64,000 nt of DNA from an uncultured Gammaproteobacteria bacterium (lineage in GTDB: Bacteria > Patescibacteriota > Microgenomatia > UBA8517), in assembly GCA_965231135.1 (NCBI GenBank), contig OZ246419.1:449488-513487 (forward strand). Reading direction: 5' to 3'. The stretch's first letter is position 1. Each line of letters opens with the position of its first letter. Made by a program: the position numbers and the translations under genes. Positions 19,683 through 29,244 of the stretch are shown here, in pieces. The notes beneath the pieces were generated by a model, which made no database searches, was not told where the DNA came from, and was given only the letters and a program-made list of their open reading frames with translations.

Positions 19683-20379
19683 AAGTAACAGTTAAGTCAA
19701 TTTCTTTTGTGTTTCCTGCTTGGTCGGTTGAAATAACTTTTATGGTATTTTGACCGTTTTGTAAAACAAACGGATAATTAAAATTTCCACCTCCGTCAAG
19801 AATTGCTATGTGGTCGTTTATCGTAATTGTATTATTTGGATCTGTAGAACCCTGAATGCTTATGTTTTGTTGTGTGCTTCCGTAGAAAGTCTGATTGTTT
19901 TGAGGACTACTTATTGTTAGATTTGGAACCTGATTTGTATAAGTTATTGTAACAGGGGATGTGTTGCTGCTTGTGTTTCCGTTTGAATCAACAGTTTGAG
20001 CGTAGATTGTGTTTTGACCATTTGTTAAGTTTACGTAGGTTGAAAAATTTCCATTTTGATCTGTCTGGGTTTCAGTTGAAGAGTTGTTGGTAAAAATTTT
20101 GACAGTTGCATTAGCCATAGCTGTGCCTGATACTGTTGCGGTTTTAATATTTGTAAATTGCGGAAGAGAAGAAAGATTTGGAGGGAGAACTGTTTGTTTG
20201 CTTGTCACTACAGGTGCTGACCCCGGTTTATTTACAATATTAAGAAATTTTGAGAAAAGCGGAATTCCAAATGCGATCAGCCAGACAATTATGAGTAAAG
20301 TTAGACCACCATATATTAATGTGCTTTTGATTGCGTTTTTGTTTTCTACTTCTGAAAGTCTTGATTTGTATGTTCTCAT
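19672..20379 (-). CDS. Membrane-anchored Ig-like domain protein
   Basis: N-terminal TM, then two beta-sandwich repeats (L.NGQNTI...D..GN). Confidence 0.75.
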   Translation of the reverse strand: MRTYKSRLSEVENKNAIKSTLIYGGLTLLIIVWLIAFGIPLFSKFLNIVNKPGSAPVVTSKQTVLPPNLSSLPQFTNIKTATVSGTAMANATVKIFTNNSSTETQTDQNGNFSTYVNLTNGQNTIYAQTVDSNGNTSSNTSPVTITYTNQVPNLTISSPQNNQTFYGSTQQNISIQGSTDPNNTITINDHIAILDGGGNFNYPFVLQNGQNTIKVISTDQAGNTKEIDLTVTFNP

Positions 20380-20387
20380 ATTAACTG

Positions 20388-20458
20388 AGCCTCCTGTCAG
20401 AATTGAACTGACATTCGCGGTTTACGATACCGCCGTTCTGCCGTTGAACTAAAGAGGC
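20388..20458 (-). tRNA. tRNA-Thr(CGT)
   Basis: Acceptor GCCTCTT/AGGAGGC; anticodon arm GCGGT-ATCGTAA-ACCGC. Confidence 0.92.
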
Positions 20459-20464
20459 ATCGGC

Positions 20465-20986
20465 CTATTTTAACATGTCAGCAAAATTTTGACGCAGCTT
20501 TACGATTTTTGGATCGATGACTAATTTGCAGTAGGCTGCATTTTTGTGATTTTCGTAATAATTTTTATGATAATCTTCTGCTTTATAAAAGTTTTTATAT
20601 TGTATAAGTTTCGTTGCAATTTTTTTGTCGTAATCTGTTTGAAGTTTGTTTATAATTTTTTCGGATTCGTCTTTTTGTATGTTGTCCAGATAAAAAATTG
20701 TTGATTGATATTGTGGCCCAATGTCTGCTCCTTGACCGTCTTCTTGTGTTGGATCGTGAGTTTTCATAAAAACATAAAGCAGGTCTTCGTAAGAAATAAT
20801 TTTTGGATCAAATTCTATTTTAGCGCTTTCAACATGACCCGTTTTTCCTGAAGAGACTTCTTCGTAACTTGGATTTTTTACATCTCCTCCAGAATATCCT
20901 GGAATTACCGAAATTACTCCTTTTAGATTTTTGAAAAGAGCTTCCGTACACCAAAAACATCCTCCACCAAAAACTGCCGTTTCCAT
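20465..20986 (-). CDS. msrA: Peptide-methionine (S)-S-oxide reductase
   Basis: GGGCFWC, GYSGG, HDPT, AEDYH. Confidence 0.97.
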   Translation of the reverse strand: METAVFGGGCFWCTEALFKNLKGVISVIPGYSGGDVKNPSYEEVSSGKTGHVESAKIEFDPKIISYEDLLYVFMKTHDPTQEDGQGADIGPQYQSTIFYLDNIQKDESEKIINKLQTDYDKKIATKLIQYKNFYKAEDYHKNYYENHKNAAYCKLVIDPKIVKLRQNFADMLK

Positions 20987-20987
20987 A

Positions 20988-22772
20988 TTAATTTATTAAT
21001 TTTATTAAATCATTGACTTCTTTTTCAATTAGATTCAAACCATTTTTCCAAAAGTCTTTATCTTCAATATTCAACCCAATTATTTTAAGAATGTTTTTAG
21101 GGTCTTGAGAGCCGCCTTGTGATAAAGCTTTTTTATAATTTTTTACAAAATCTTTCTTGCCTATTTTGTATAAATTAAATAAAGATAACGCTAACAAATC
21201 GCCAAAACAATAGGTAAATACATAAAAATTATAATGATAAAAGTGAAGAATTGGCATCCATAAATTTTCGTGATAATCGGATAAAGTCAGACCTTTACCA
21301 AAAGACTTTTGTAAAGTTTTTTGGTAAAGATTTCCGATTTCGTCTATTGTTAGTTCTCCTTTTTCGCGCCTTAATTTGTGAAGTTCGTTTTCAAAAATAT
21401 AGAAATCGTTTTGGCGAAAAACAGTCGCGAATCCGTTTTGGATTTTAGCTGCAAGTAAATTTACTTTTAATTTTTGCTCTTTTAGATCGTTGAATATTTT
21501 TTCAAATACTAAGCTTTCTGCAAAAGTGCTTGCAATTTCTGCAGTTGCTGTTGAGGGATTAAATTCAAGATAATTGTTATTTTTAGATAAATAAGCGTGT
21601 ATTGCATGACCTAGTTCGTGGGCTAATGTTGTTATATCGTTTAATTTACCTGTGAAATTTACAAAAACCAATGGATGTTTGGAAGGAGTTGCATACATGC
21701 AGAATGCTCCTCCTCTTTTTCCATTTTTAACTTCAGCATCGATCCAGTTTTTTTCAAAAAACATTTTTGCAATCTGGTAAAATTCTTCATCGAAATTTTT
21801 AAAAGAAGATAAAATTATTTCTTTTGCTTCGTCCCATGAATAAGTTTTTTCATCTATATTGTAAATATTTGAATATCTGTCCCATTCGTAAAGCTGTGAT
21901 AATTTAAGCAGTTTCTTTTTTAAGAGATAGTATTTTTCGACTAGTTTTTGCCTTTCCAAAATTGCTTTCGACATGTTCTCGACAATTTTTTGGTTTACTT
22001 CATAACTAATAAATGTTGCTTCTTGAGGATATTTAAAACCGCGTATTTCATCGGAAATTTTTTTGTCGAGAATTAGAGTGTTTAGAATAAATGAGTAAAG
22101 GTTAGAATTTTTGGAAAATGTTTTTGAATAGGAAATTGTGGCATTTTCCCGTAGTTTTCTGTCAGGATTGTTTGACATTATCGATTGGATTTCAGAAATG
22201 GTTAGTGTTTTATTTTTGTCTTTTATTTTTAACTCAAATTTCTCAGTTGACTGTGTTTGGTCATAAAGCCTGACAAAAGCTTGAGAAGAAGTTTGAGATT
22301 TTTGAGTCATTATTTTTTCCTCGTTTTCTGAAAGAGTAAAAGGTTTCATTATTCGTAATGTAGTTAAAAAATGAGTAAAGTTTTTAATTTTCTTGTCGTT
22401 AAGTAATTTTTTGAATAATTTATCGTCTAAATTAATAATTTCCAGCTGATACCAAAGAATATTCGCATTTATCTGTGTTCCAAATTCGCTGGATGATTGA
22501 TATAAGTTTTTGGAAATATTACTTATGGAATCTGTGGAAAAGATAAGCGATGCATAAATTTCTATAATCGCAGTTTTTTCAATTATATTTTGATAATCTA
22601 AAAGCGATTTCAGAAAAAGGGTTGAAGTAATTTTTGGAGAATTTATTTTATTTTTATAGATTTTATTGAAATTTTCTGTGAGGAATAAAATTTCTTTTTT
22701 ATCTTTTTCTATTTTGGGGTCGGAAACTGAGTTATAAAAATCTGATAAGTTCCAGTTAATTTTATTATTCAT
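20988..22772 (-). CDS. pepF: M3 family oligoendopeptidase F
   Basis: GKRGGAFC, TLAHELGHAIH, AEIASTFAE, HFY..FYVFTY. Confidence 0.92.
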   Translation of the reverse strand: MNNKINWNLSDFYNSVSDPKIEKDKKEILFLTENFNKIYKNKINSPKITSTLFLKSLLDYQNIIEKTAIIEIYASLIFSTDSISNISKNLYQSSSEFGTQINANILWYQLEIINLDDKLFKKLLNDKKIKNFTHFLTTLRIMKPFTLSENEEKIMTQKSQTSSQAFVRLYDQTQSTEKFELKIKDKNKTLTISEIQSIMSNNPDRKLRENATISYSKTFSKNSNLYSFILNTLILDKKISDEIRGFKYPQEATFISYEVNQKIVENMSKAILERQKLVEKYYLLKKKLLKLSQLYEWDRYSNIYNIDEKTYSWDEAKEIILSSFKNFDEEFYQIAKMFFEKNWIDAEVKNGKRGGAFCMYATPSKHPLVFVNFTGKLNDITTLAHELGHAIHAYLSKNNNYLEFNPSTATAEIASTFAESLVFEKIFNDLKEQKLKVNLLAAKIQNGFATVFRQNDFYIFENELHKLRREKGELTIDEIGNLYQKTLQKSFGKGLTLSDYHENLWMPILHFYHYNFYVFTYCFGDLLALSLFNLYKIGKKDFVKNYKKALSQGGSQDPKNILKIIGLNIEDKDFWKNGLNLIEKEVNDLIKLIN

Positions 22773-22777
22773 ATTAT

Positions 22778-22820
22778 GAGCGGGATAAGCAAGCTTGTCT
22801 CGCTCCTTCGGAGCGGGATA
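22778..22820 (+). repeat. Three-arm palindromic element duplicating the tRNA-Gly 3' end
   Basis: GAGCGGGATAA-GCAAGC-TTGTCTCGCTC-CTTCG-GAGCGGGATA. Confidence 0.8.
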
Positions 22821-22882
22821 GGGAAGTCGAATCCCTTTCTCTACCTTGGGAAGGTAGCGTTAAGCCGTTTAACTAATCCCGC
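22812..22882 (-). tRNA. tRNA-Gly(CCC)
   Basis: GCGGGAT/ATCCCGC acceptor; anticodon arm CTACC-TTCCCAA-GGTAG. Confidence 0.93.
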
Positions 22883-22900
22883 GTAAACGAATTATATCAA

Positions 22901-23464
22901 TTAACGCGGTATAGTAAAAACATTTCCGGTGTGAATCATTCTGGGGTTTGTAAGATGATTTGCTTCTGCGATTTGGTGCCACTTTGTGCCGTCTCCATAG
23001 GCGCGAATTGCAATGTTCCACAGGTTGTCTCCCTTTACAACTGTGTAGGAATTTTGGGTAATATTGTTGTTTGTTGATGCTGCTTCTTTTGTAATTTGAG
23101 GAGTTGGTGTGTTTGTTGGAGTGGGAGTTGCAGAGAAAGTTAATGACGGAATTGTTAGTATTTGGCCTATTTCTATTTGCGACGGGTTTGAAATATTATT
23201 TGCATCTGCAATTTGCTTCCAATCGTTTCCGTTTCCTAAAACTTTTTTGGCGATTTTCCACAAACTGTCGCCTTTTGTTACTGTATAAGTTTTGTTTTCA
23301 TTAGTTGTGTCAGCTGCTTGTTGTGTAATTGAATTTTGGTGGCGAAGATTTGCAATGTATTTTCCTACAAAAATTCCGGCAATTATTAGAATAACGACTC
23401 CGAGGACAATGCTTAATTCCTGCTCGTGAAGCTTAATGTATTTTAAAATATTTTTTAGATCCAT
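22901..23464 (-). CDS. Membrane-anchored protein with two LysM domains
   Basis: YTVTKGDSLWKIA and YTVVKGDNLWNIA. Confidence 0.92.
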   Translation of the reverse strand: MDLKNILKYIKLHEQELSIVLGVVILIIAGIFVGKYIANLRHQNSITQQAADTTNENKTYTVTKGDSLWKIAKKVLGNGNDWKQIADANNISNPSQIEIGQILTIPSLTFSATPTPTNTPTPQITKEAASTNNNITQNSYTVVKGDNLWNIAIRAYGDGTKWHQIAEANHLTNPRMIHTGNVFTIPR

Positions 23465-23542
23465 GTTGACTATCAACTATGGGCAGAAGTTGTTAAAGGA
23501 GAATTTAAGATATTATTAATGACTTGTCAATGGGGGATTTTG

Positions 23543-23614
23543 CGGGATCGATGGGAGTCGAACCCACCTCTACTCCGTGACAGGGAGTTATTCTAGCCGA
23601 TGAACTACGACCCC
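23543..23614 (-). tRNA. tRNA-Asp(GTC)
   Basis: GGGGTCG/CGATCCC acceptor; anticodon arm ACTCC-CTGTCAC-GGAGT. Confidence 0.93.
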
Positions 23615-23652
23615 GAATGTTTGTATTATATCTTATGTGATATATTAAGTCT

Positions 23653-25422
23653 ATGAAAACTTCAAAAGAAATGACTAATATTGAAATTGCTGAACTACTT
23701 CGAGACATTGCTGCTGCGTATGAACTTCAAGATGCGAAAAATAATAAATTTAAGATTATTGCCTATGAGAGAGCAGCGGACTCTGTCGAGCATGCAACAA
23801 GCGAACTAAAAGATTTATGGGAAGAAAATAAAATGGATGAAGTGGATGGACTGGGAAAATCTATACAAGAGCATTTGGATGAAATTTTTAGAACAGGACA
23901 TTCAAAACATTTTGATGAGCTAACAAAAGGTATTCCTGCAATTGTTTTTCAGCTTATGAAAATTCCTGGAATCGGAGTGAAAACAGCGAGTAAATTAGTT
24001 ATGCAACTGAAAATTAAAAATTTAAGTGATTTAAAAAAAGCTGCGAATGATAATAAAATTGCCGAAATGGAGGGATTTGGAGAGCAGTCACAGGAAAAGA
24101 TTTTAAAGCAGATTGATGAATTTGAAAAAAAAGAGCCTTCAAGAATGCTTTTGCCGTATGCAATGGAGATTGCTGAGGAAATTATGAATTATATGAAACA
24201 AAACAAAAATGTTGAGAGAATTGAGACCCTTGGGTCACTTCGAAGACAAGTCTCTACAATTGGCGATATTGATTTTGCTACAGCTACCAAAAAAGTAGAC
24301 GACGTGATTGAATATTTCACAAAGTTTCCACGGGCAACAAGAATTATTGAAAAAGGAGAGCGAACTGCGGCGATACTTCTGCCTGGAAATGTTAGAGTCG
24401 ATATGATTACTTGTGAGCCTCAAGCTTATGGAGCACTGTTACAACATTTCACTGGAGGGAAAAATCATAATGTTGCTCTTCGTGAGTTTTCTTTAAAAAA
24501 AGGACTTTCGCTAAGCGATTATGGAATTTACACAAAGCCTGGAGATAAAAATTCTCTTGTGGAAATTGCAAGTGAAAAAGATTTTTATGAAAAATGGCTA
24601 AAAATGGACTGGATTCCTCCAGAAATTCGCGAAGATGACGGAGAAATAAAAGCGGCACTAGCGCATAAATTGCCAAAGCTTGTCGAGCTGAAAGATATGA
24701 AAGGTGATTTACATATTCATAGCGACTTTGATATTGAAACAAGCCATGATCTGGGAAGTTCTTCTATGAAAACAATTTGTGAAAGAGCAAAAAGTTTGGG
24801 GTATGAATACGTTGCTTTTAGTGAGCATAATCCGAGCAAAAGTAAACACAACGCAAATCAGATTATTGAATTATTAAAACGAAAAAGAGAAGCTGTCGAC
24901 AAATTAAATTCTAGTCTCAAAAATTTTAGGGCATTTAATAGTTTGGAAATTGATATTTTGCCAGATGGAAGTTTGCCAGTTCCTGAAGAAGGTTTAAAAA
25001 CTTTAGATTTTGCACTGGTTTCTATTCATTCCAGTTTTGATTTGCCTAAAAACAAAATGACTGAGAGAATTTTAAAAGCTTTGAGTTATCCAAAAGTTAA
25101 AGTATTTGCACATCCTACAGGAAGGCTTCTTAATCAAAGACCAAGTATTGATGCTGATTGGGATTCAATATTCGGCGAAGCCGTTAAAAGGAATATTTTT
25201 ATGGAAATAAATTCAGATCCGTCACGTTTGGATCTTCCCGATATTTTAGTGCATGATGCGCTACGAAAAGGAATGAAATTCACAATTGATACAGATACGC
25301 ATTACGTTGATAGTATGGATAATATGAAATGGGGAATTAGTGTTGCCAGACGAGGCTGGTGCGAGAAAAAAGATATTGTAAATACCAGAAATTTGAAAGA
25401 ATTTGAAAAATTGATGTTATAA
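23653..25422 (+). CDS. polX: DNA polymerase X with PHP domain
   Basis: HhH motifs, GSLRR, GDID, HFTG; PHP motifs DLHIHS, AHPTGR, DTH. Confidence 0.93.
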   Translation: MKTSKEMTNIEIAELLRDIAAAYELQDAKNNKFKIIAYERAADSVEHATSELKDLWEENKMDEVDGLGKSIQEHLDEIFRTGHSKHFDELTKGIPAIVFQLMKIPGIGVKTASKLVMQLKIKNLSDLKKAANDNKIAEMEGFGEQSQEKILKQIDEFEKKEPSRMLLPYAMEIAEEIMNYMKQNKNVERIETLGSLRRQVSTIGDIDFATATKKVDDVIEYFTKFPRATRIIEKGERTAAILLPGNVRVDMITCEPQAYGALLQHFTGGKNHNVALREFSLKKGLSLSDYGIYTKPGDKNSLVEIASEKDFYEKWLKMDWIPPEIREDDGEIKAALAHKLPKLVELKDMKGDLHIHSDFDIETSHDLGSSSMKTICERAKSLGYEYVAFSEHNPSKSKHNANQIIELLKRKREAVDKLNSSLKNFRAFNSLEIDILPDGSLPVPEEGLKTLDFALVSIHSSFDLPKNKMTERILKALSYPKVKVFAHPTGRLLNQRPSIDADWDSIFGEAVKRNIFMEINSDPSRLDLPDILVHDALRKGMKFTIDTDTHYVDSMDNMKWGISVARRGWCEKKDIVNTRNLKEFEKLML

Positions 25423-25429
25423 TCCTGTT

Positions 25430-25795
25430 ATGTCATTAACTGAATCAGAAAATTTAATAAAGGGATATCGAGAAAATAATATTGTAGTCCCTGATGGAGT
25501 GGATGTTGCTAATTATTTAAGTTCACATCCTTTAGTGGTTGAGTATGCCTCTAAGGTGATAGGTGCATGTAGACGGGAGTTTGATTTGAATACTCAGTTG
25601 TCGTTAGAGGTATATAGGGATCAGGAGAGTACTGTTACTCAATTGACGCTATATGTCCGTCGACCAAGCTATACAATGGAAATTTATAGAAATTTGGATG
25701 AGAGAATTGAAAAAATCGTTTCGCAATACGATGATGAATATCCGCTCGAAAATGGCGAGCTTTTAGTGATGTGCGATTTTAAGCCATCTAGCTAA
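25430..25795 (+). CDS. Hypothetical protein (orphan, 121 aa)
   Basis: TATAAT at 25418-25423 overlapping the polX stop, six nt before ATG. Confidence 0.75.
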   Translation: MSLTESENLIKGYRENNIVVPDGVDVANYLSSHPLVVEYASKVIGACRREFDLNTQLSLEVYRDQESTVTQLTLYVRRPSYTMEIYRNLDERIEKIVSQYDDEYPLENGELLVMCDFKPSS

Positions 25796-25862
25796 CTTCA
25801 GGATTTATTAAGCTTTGTATAGAGTATAATATATTAGTAATGGAAATGAAGGTGATTTATTT

Positions 25863-26453
25863 ATGAATTTATTTTTAATAATTTTACTTGTAATTGTTGT
25901 TGGAATTGGGCTTTGGCTGATGAGCACTTACAATTTTTTTGCACAGGCAAAGGTACGTATTAACGCAGCGGTTCAAGAGATTGGAAACCAATTAAAGAGA
26001 CAAGCTGATTTAATTCCAAATTTGGAAGCTTCCGCAAAAGGATATTTAACTCACGAAAAAGAAGTTTATAAAATGCTTACTGATGCCAGAAAGGCAGTTG
26101 CTGGAGCAGTTGGAAGCGGAAACTTACAGAAAATGTCTGATGCTGGAGCTCAGCTTAATGCAGTTTTGCCAAAGCTTTCTATTGCAGTTGAAAGTAATCC
26201 TGAGCTTAAAGCTAATACTTTGGTGCAAAATTTGATGGATGAACTTCGAGATACAGCTGATAAAATTATGTATTCAAGAAGACTTTTGATTGATTTGACA
26301 GCAGACTTTAATTCAAGGCGAGTAACTTTTCCTACAAACATTATTGCAAACATGATGAATGTCCAAGAAATGAAAGGATTAATTACACCTACTGATGGAG
26401 AATTTTTGAACGTAAGTGACGCTGATACACAAACTCCAAAAGTAAGCCTTTGA
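25863..26453 (+). CDS. lemA: LemA family protein
   Basis: N-terminal TM, QLKRQADLIPNL, ESNPELKAN, FPTNIIA; SD AAGGTGA. Confidence 0.92.
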   Translation: MNLFLIILLVIVVGIGLWLMSTYNFFAQAKVRINAAVQEIGNQLKRQADLIPNLEASAKGYLTHEKEVYKMLTDARKAVAGAVGSGNLQKMSDAGAQLNAVLPKLSIAVESNPELKANTLVQNLMDELRDTADKIMYSRRLLIDLTADFNSRRVTFPTNIIANMMNVQEMKGLITPTDGEFLNVSDADTQTPKVSL

Positions 26454-26454
26454 T

Positions 26455-27402
26455 ATGGCAGTAAATAATTTTTACGAAGCAATTTCTGTAAATAAGAGAA
26501 AAAGCCTAATTGTTGTGATTGGGTTTGTTCTCTTTGTTGCCCTATTTGTATATATAATTTCGAATGCATTTGCCTATTATTTCGGTTATGAAGTCGGGGG
26601 GCTTGGGATTGCAGGGATTGCTCTAATTGTTTCAGGCGTAATGAGCTTTGCTGGATATTATTGGAGCGATAAAGTTGTTCTTACAATGTCCGGGGCGAGG
26701 CCTGCTTCAAGGCAGCGTGATTTTGAATTTTATACTGTAGCACAAAATATGGCGATTGCTGCCGGAGTGCCAACTCCAAAATTATATGTAATTGAAGATG
26801 ATGCGCCAAATGCTTTTGCAACAGGGCGCGATCCAAACCATGCCGCAATTGCTGCGACTCGAGGGCTTCTTGATCGATTAAACCGTACAGAGCTTGAAGG
26901 AGTTATTGGACATGAAATGACACATGTACGAAATTATGATACAAGACTTGGGGCTTTAGTTGCAGTTATGGTTGGTTTGGTTGCACTTCTTGGTGACTGG
27001 TTTTTGAGAATGAGTATGTTTGGAGGATTTGGAGGAAGACGCCGCAACAATGACAGCGAAAGCGGACAGCTGGGAGCAATATTTTTAATCTTGGGATTTT
27101 TATTTGCGCTTTTGTCGCCTATTGTTGCAACATTAATACAACTTGCGATTTCAAGACGAAGAGAATTTATGGCTGATGCTGGGAGTGTTGAGCTGACAAG
27201 GCAGCCTTCAGGATTAATTCATGCTCTTGAAAAAATTTCAGTTGTTGATGAACCTTTGAAAGAAGCAAATAAAGCAACCGCACATTTATATATAATTAAT
27301 CCTTTTAAAGAAGGGCACAAGGCTGTGAGCTGGTTTAGTAATTTATTTAATACCCACCCTCCTATAAAGGATAGAATTGCTGCACTCCAGAAAATGATGT
27401 AA
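26455..27402 (+). CDS. htpX: HtpX-like M48 zinc metalloprotease
   Basis: PNAFATG, HEMTH, SRRREFMADA, THPP. Confidence 0.95.
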   Translation: MAVNNFYEAISVNKRKSLIVVIGFVLFVALFVYIISNAFAYYFGYEVGGLGIAGIALIVSGVMSFAGYYWSDKVVLTMSGARPASRQRDFEFYTVAQNMAIAAGVPTPKLYVIEDDAPNAFATGRDPNHAAIAATRGLLDRLNRTELEGVIGHEMTHVRNYDTRLGALVAVMVGLVALLGDWFLRMSMFGGFGGRRRNNDSESGQLGAIFLILGFLFALLSPIVATLIQLAISRRREFMADAGSVELTRQPSGLIHALEKISVVDEPLKEANKATAHLYIINPFKEGHKAVSWFSNLFNTHPPIKDRIAALQKMM

Positions 27403-27431
27403 TTCTTGACACTTGGGCCTATAATATGTAT

Positions 27432-27752
27432 ATGAGAAGTCCTGATAGGATAGTTGAAGGTGAACTTGATGCCTATGCGGAAGCGTTTGTTGCATGGTTC
27501 TGTGAAAAAATATCCTCACGCAACAGTTTTGATGGTATTACTCTTAAAAAGGGAACTCCTGCTGGGGATGCTGTTTTTATAAACGGAAAAATATATGGAT
27601 ATCTCCGAAAAAGAGGGGAACAATTAGATTTAACAGAAATGAGAAACTTGATATTTAATAGTGCAAGCGACGAAGAAATATCTGACGAAACAATTTGTGA
27701 GCAGGTTTTAAAAGTAAAAAAGATAATGTTTTCTTTGAATACTTCAAAATAA
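27432..27752 (+). CDS. Hypothetical protein (orphan)
   Basis: TATAAT at 27420-27425, six nt before the second ATG. Confidence 0.7.
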   Translation: MRSPDRIVEGELDAYAEAFVAWFCEKISSRNSFDGITLKKGTPAGDAVFINGKIYGYLRKRGEQLDLTEMRNLIFNSASDEEISDETICEQVLKVKKIMFSLNTSK

Positions 27753-27783
27753 AGTGTATAAATAAATACAGGGGGTGATTTTT

Positions 27784-28188
27784 TTGATAACTCTTGAAAA
27801 AGCTAAGAAAGCATTAGAAGCTGCTGAAAATAAAGCAAAAGAATTAAAAGTTGAAGTTTCTATCGCTATTACGGACGATCACGGAGTCTTAATCGCAGGA
27901 AGTAAAATGGATGGAGCTTTTTATATAAGTCCAAAATTTGCTTTTGAAAAGGCATTTACATCTGCAAATTTAATGATGCCTACATCAACACTGCTTGCTT
28001 ATGCGGCAGATAATAAACCATATTTTGGTGTGAATACACTTTTTGGAGGTCAATTAACAGCAATTGCTGGAGGGTTACCGGTTAAAAAAGAAGGGAAAGT
28101 GATAGGAGCTGTTGGTGTTGGTGGGTCTGCTGATACATCACAAGATGCAGAATGTGCTAAAGCAGCTGTAGAAGTTTTGGAAAACTAA
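27784..28188 (+). CDS. GlcG/HbpS family heme-binding protein
   Basis: KMDGA, KAFTS, GGLPV, IGAVGVGG; SD GGGGGTG favours TTG at 27784. Confidence 0.9.
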   Translation: MITLEKAKKALEAAENKAKELKVEVSIAITDDHGVLIAGSKMDGAFYISPKFAFEKAFTSANLMMPTSTLLAYAADNKPYFGVNTLFGGQLTAIAGGLPVKKEGKVIGAVGVGGSADTSQDAECAKAAVEVLEN

Positions 28189-28235
28189 AATCCTATAATA
28201 TTGATAATTATTAAGGGAAGAGATATAATTTTAAA

Positions 28236-28973
28236 ATGTCAGATAGTAGAACAGTTGAAAGTTTAGCCACTCCTTTAAAAATAGAACAAGGGAAAGCTCT
28301 TCGACTTCAGGCGAATCGACATGGTGATTTAGTAATAGCTGCAAATATAATAAAAAATGGAGGTGTTGGTATAGCTCCGTTTAAAGGACCGTTTGGATTC
28401 TTTGGAGATTATGATAACAAGGAAGCAAATGCTCGTGTTATGTATGATATAAAACATAGAGCACCTGGAAAAATTCTTAGTGCTATAATTCGTCCTGATA
28501 ATTTGCATTCACATGTCGACTTTTCTAAAACTTCTTATACCCAGGAAGATATAAAACATTTTCAAACAAAATTGCATGCATTGGGTGTTAGATTGCCAGC
28601 AAAATCAGAAGTTCCAGAACATATGACAGTTGATGGTACTATTATGTCGATTTGGTCAGAATATGACCCAATAAATATTATAATGACTCAATTTCAAAAT
28701 TTAGGAGGAAGAGCGTTGTTTGGTACCTCTGCAAATGAAAGTCATGAGCCAACGATTATCAAAGTTGAAGATGCGTGGAATAAATTTGGAGATAAGGTTG
28801 ATTTTATTTTAGAGGAAGATTTATCGTACTTACCTGAAGAAAGAAGGATGTCTACTACTTTAGTTGATTTTACAAAAGATGTGCCTATTCAAATGAGAGC
28901 TGGAAATGTTTCAGTGCAAGAGATTAATTCAGTTTTGAGGCAAAGAAATAAACCAGACTTGTTGATTCCTTAA
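28236..28973 (+). CDS. Divergent YrdC/Sua5 (TsaC)-like protein
   Basis: IKHR (KxR), LGVRLP, GTSANES, STTLVD, RAG; PTETVYGL replaced by PFKGPFGF. Confidence 0.7.
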   Translation: MSDSRTVESLATPLKIEQGKALRLQANRHGDLVIAANIIKNGGVGIAPFKGPFGFFGDYDNKEANARVMYDIKHRAPGKILSAIIRPDNLHSHVDFSKTSYTQEDIKHFQTKLHALGVRLPAKSEVPEHMTVDGTIMSIWSEYDPINIIMTQFQNLGGRALFGTSANESHEPTIIKVEDAWNKFGDKVDFILEEDLSYLPEERRMSTTLVDFTKDVPIQMRAGNVSVQEINSVLRQRNKPDLLIP

Positions 28974-29014
28974 AAGATTATTGATTTATTTAATAGAAAG
29001 TATAATACTAGACT

Positions 29015-29209
29015 ATGGTTGAGATAAATCCAAGAGAAATCCAAAAAGAATTTATAGAAGGACACATTAGTTCAAAACCTGAAATTAACAGTTTGGAACC
29101 GTTTACAAAAGTTGATGAGTCGGAGATTAAAAAACTAAAAGGTCATATTGATGGAGAACATGAACTTGCAGTAGATTATAGTGTATCAAGCGAAGATCCT
29201 CTTGAATAA
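29015..29209 (+). CDS. Small acidic hypothetical protein (64 aa)
   Basis: Own -10 box; fills the intergenic gap. Confidence 0.6.
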   Translation: MVEINPREIQKEFIEGHISSKPEINSLEPFTKVDESEIKKLKGHIDGEHELAVDYSVSSEDPLE

Positions 29210-29244
29210 CTTCATTTTTGTTTCTGGTAATGTAATAATGAACT

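Noticed and set aside
20084-20452. 122-aa + strand ORF (and likewise the 23505-23708 ORF)
   Set aside because: They overlap tRNA-Thr and tRNA-Asp respectively, as well as real CDSs.
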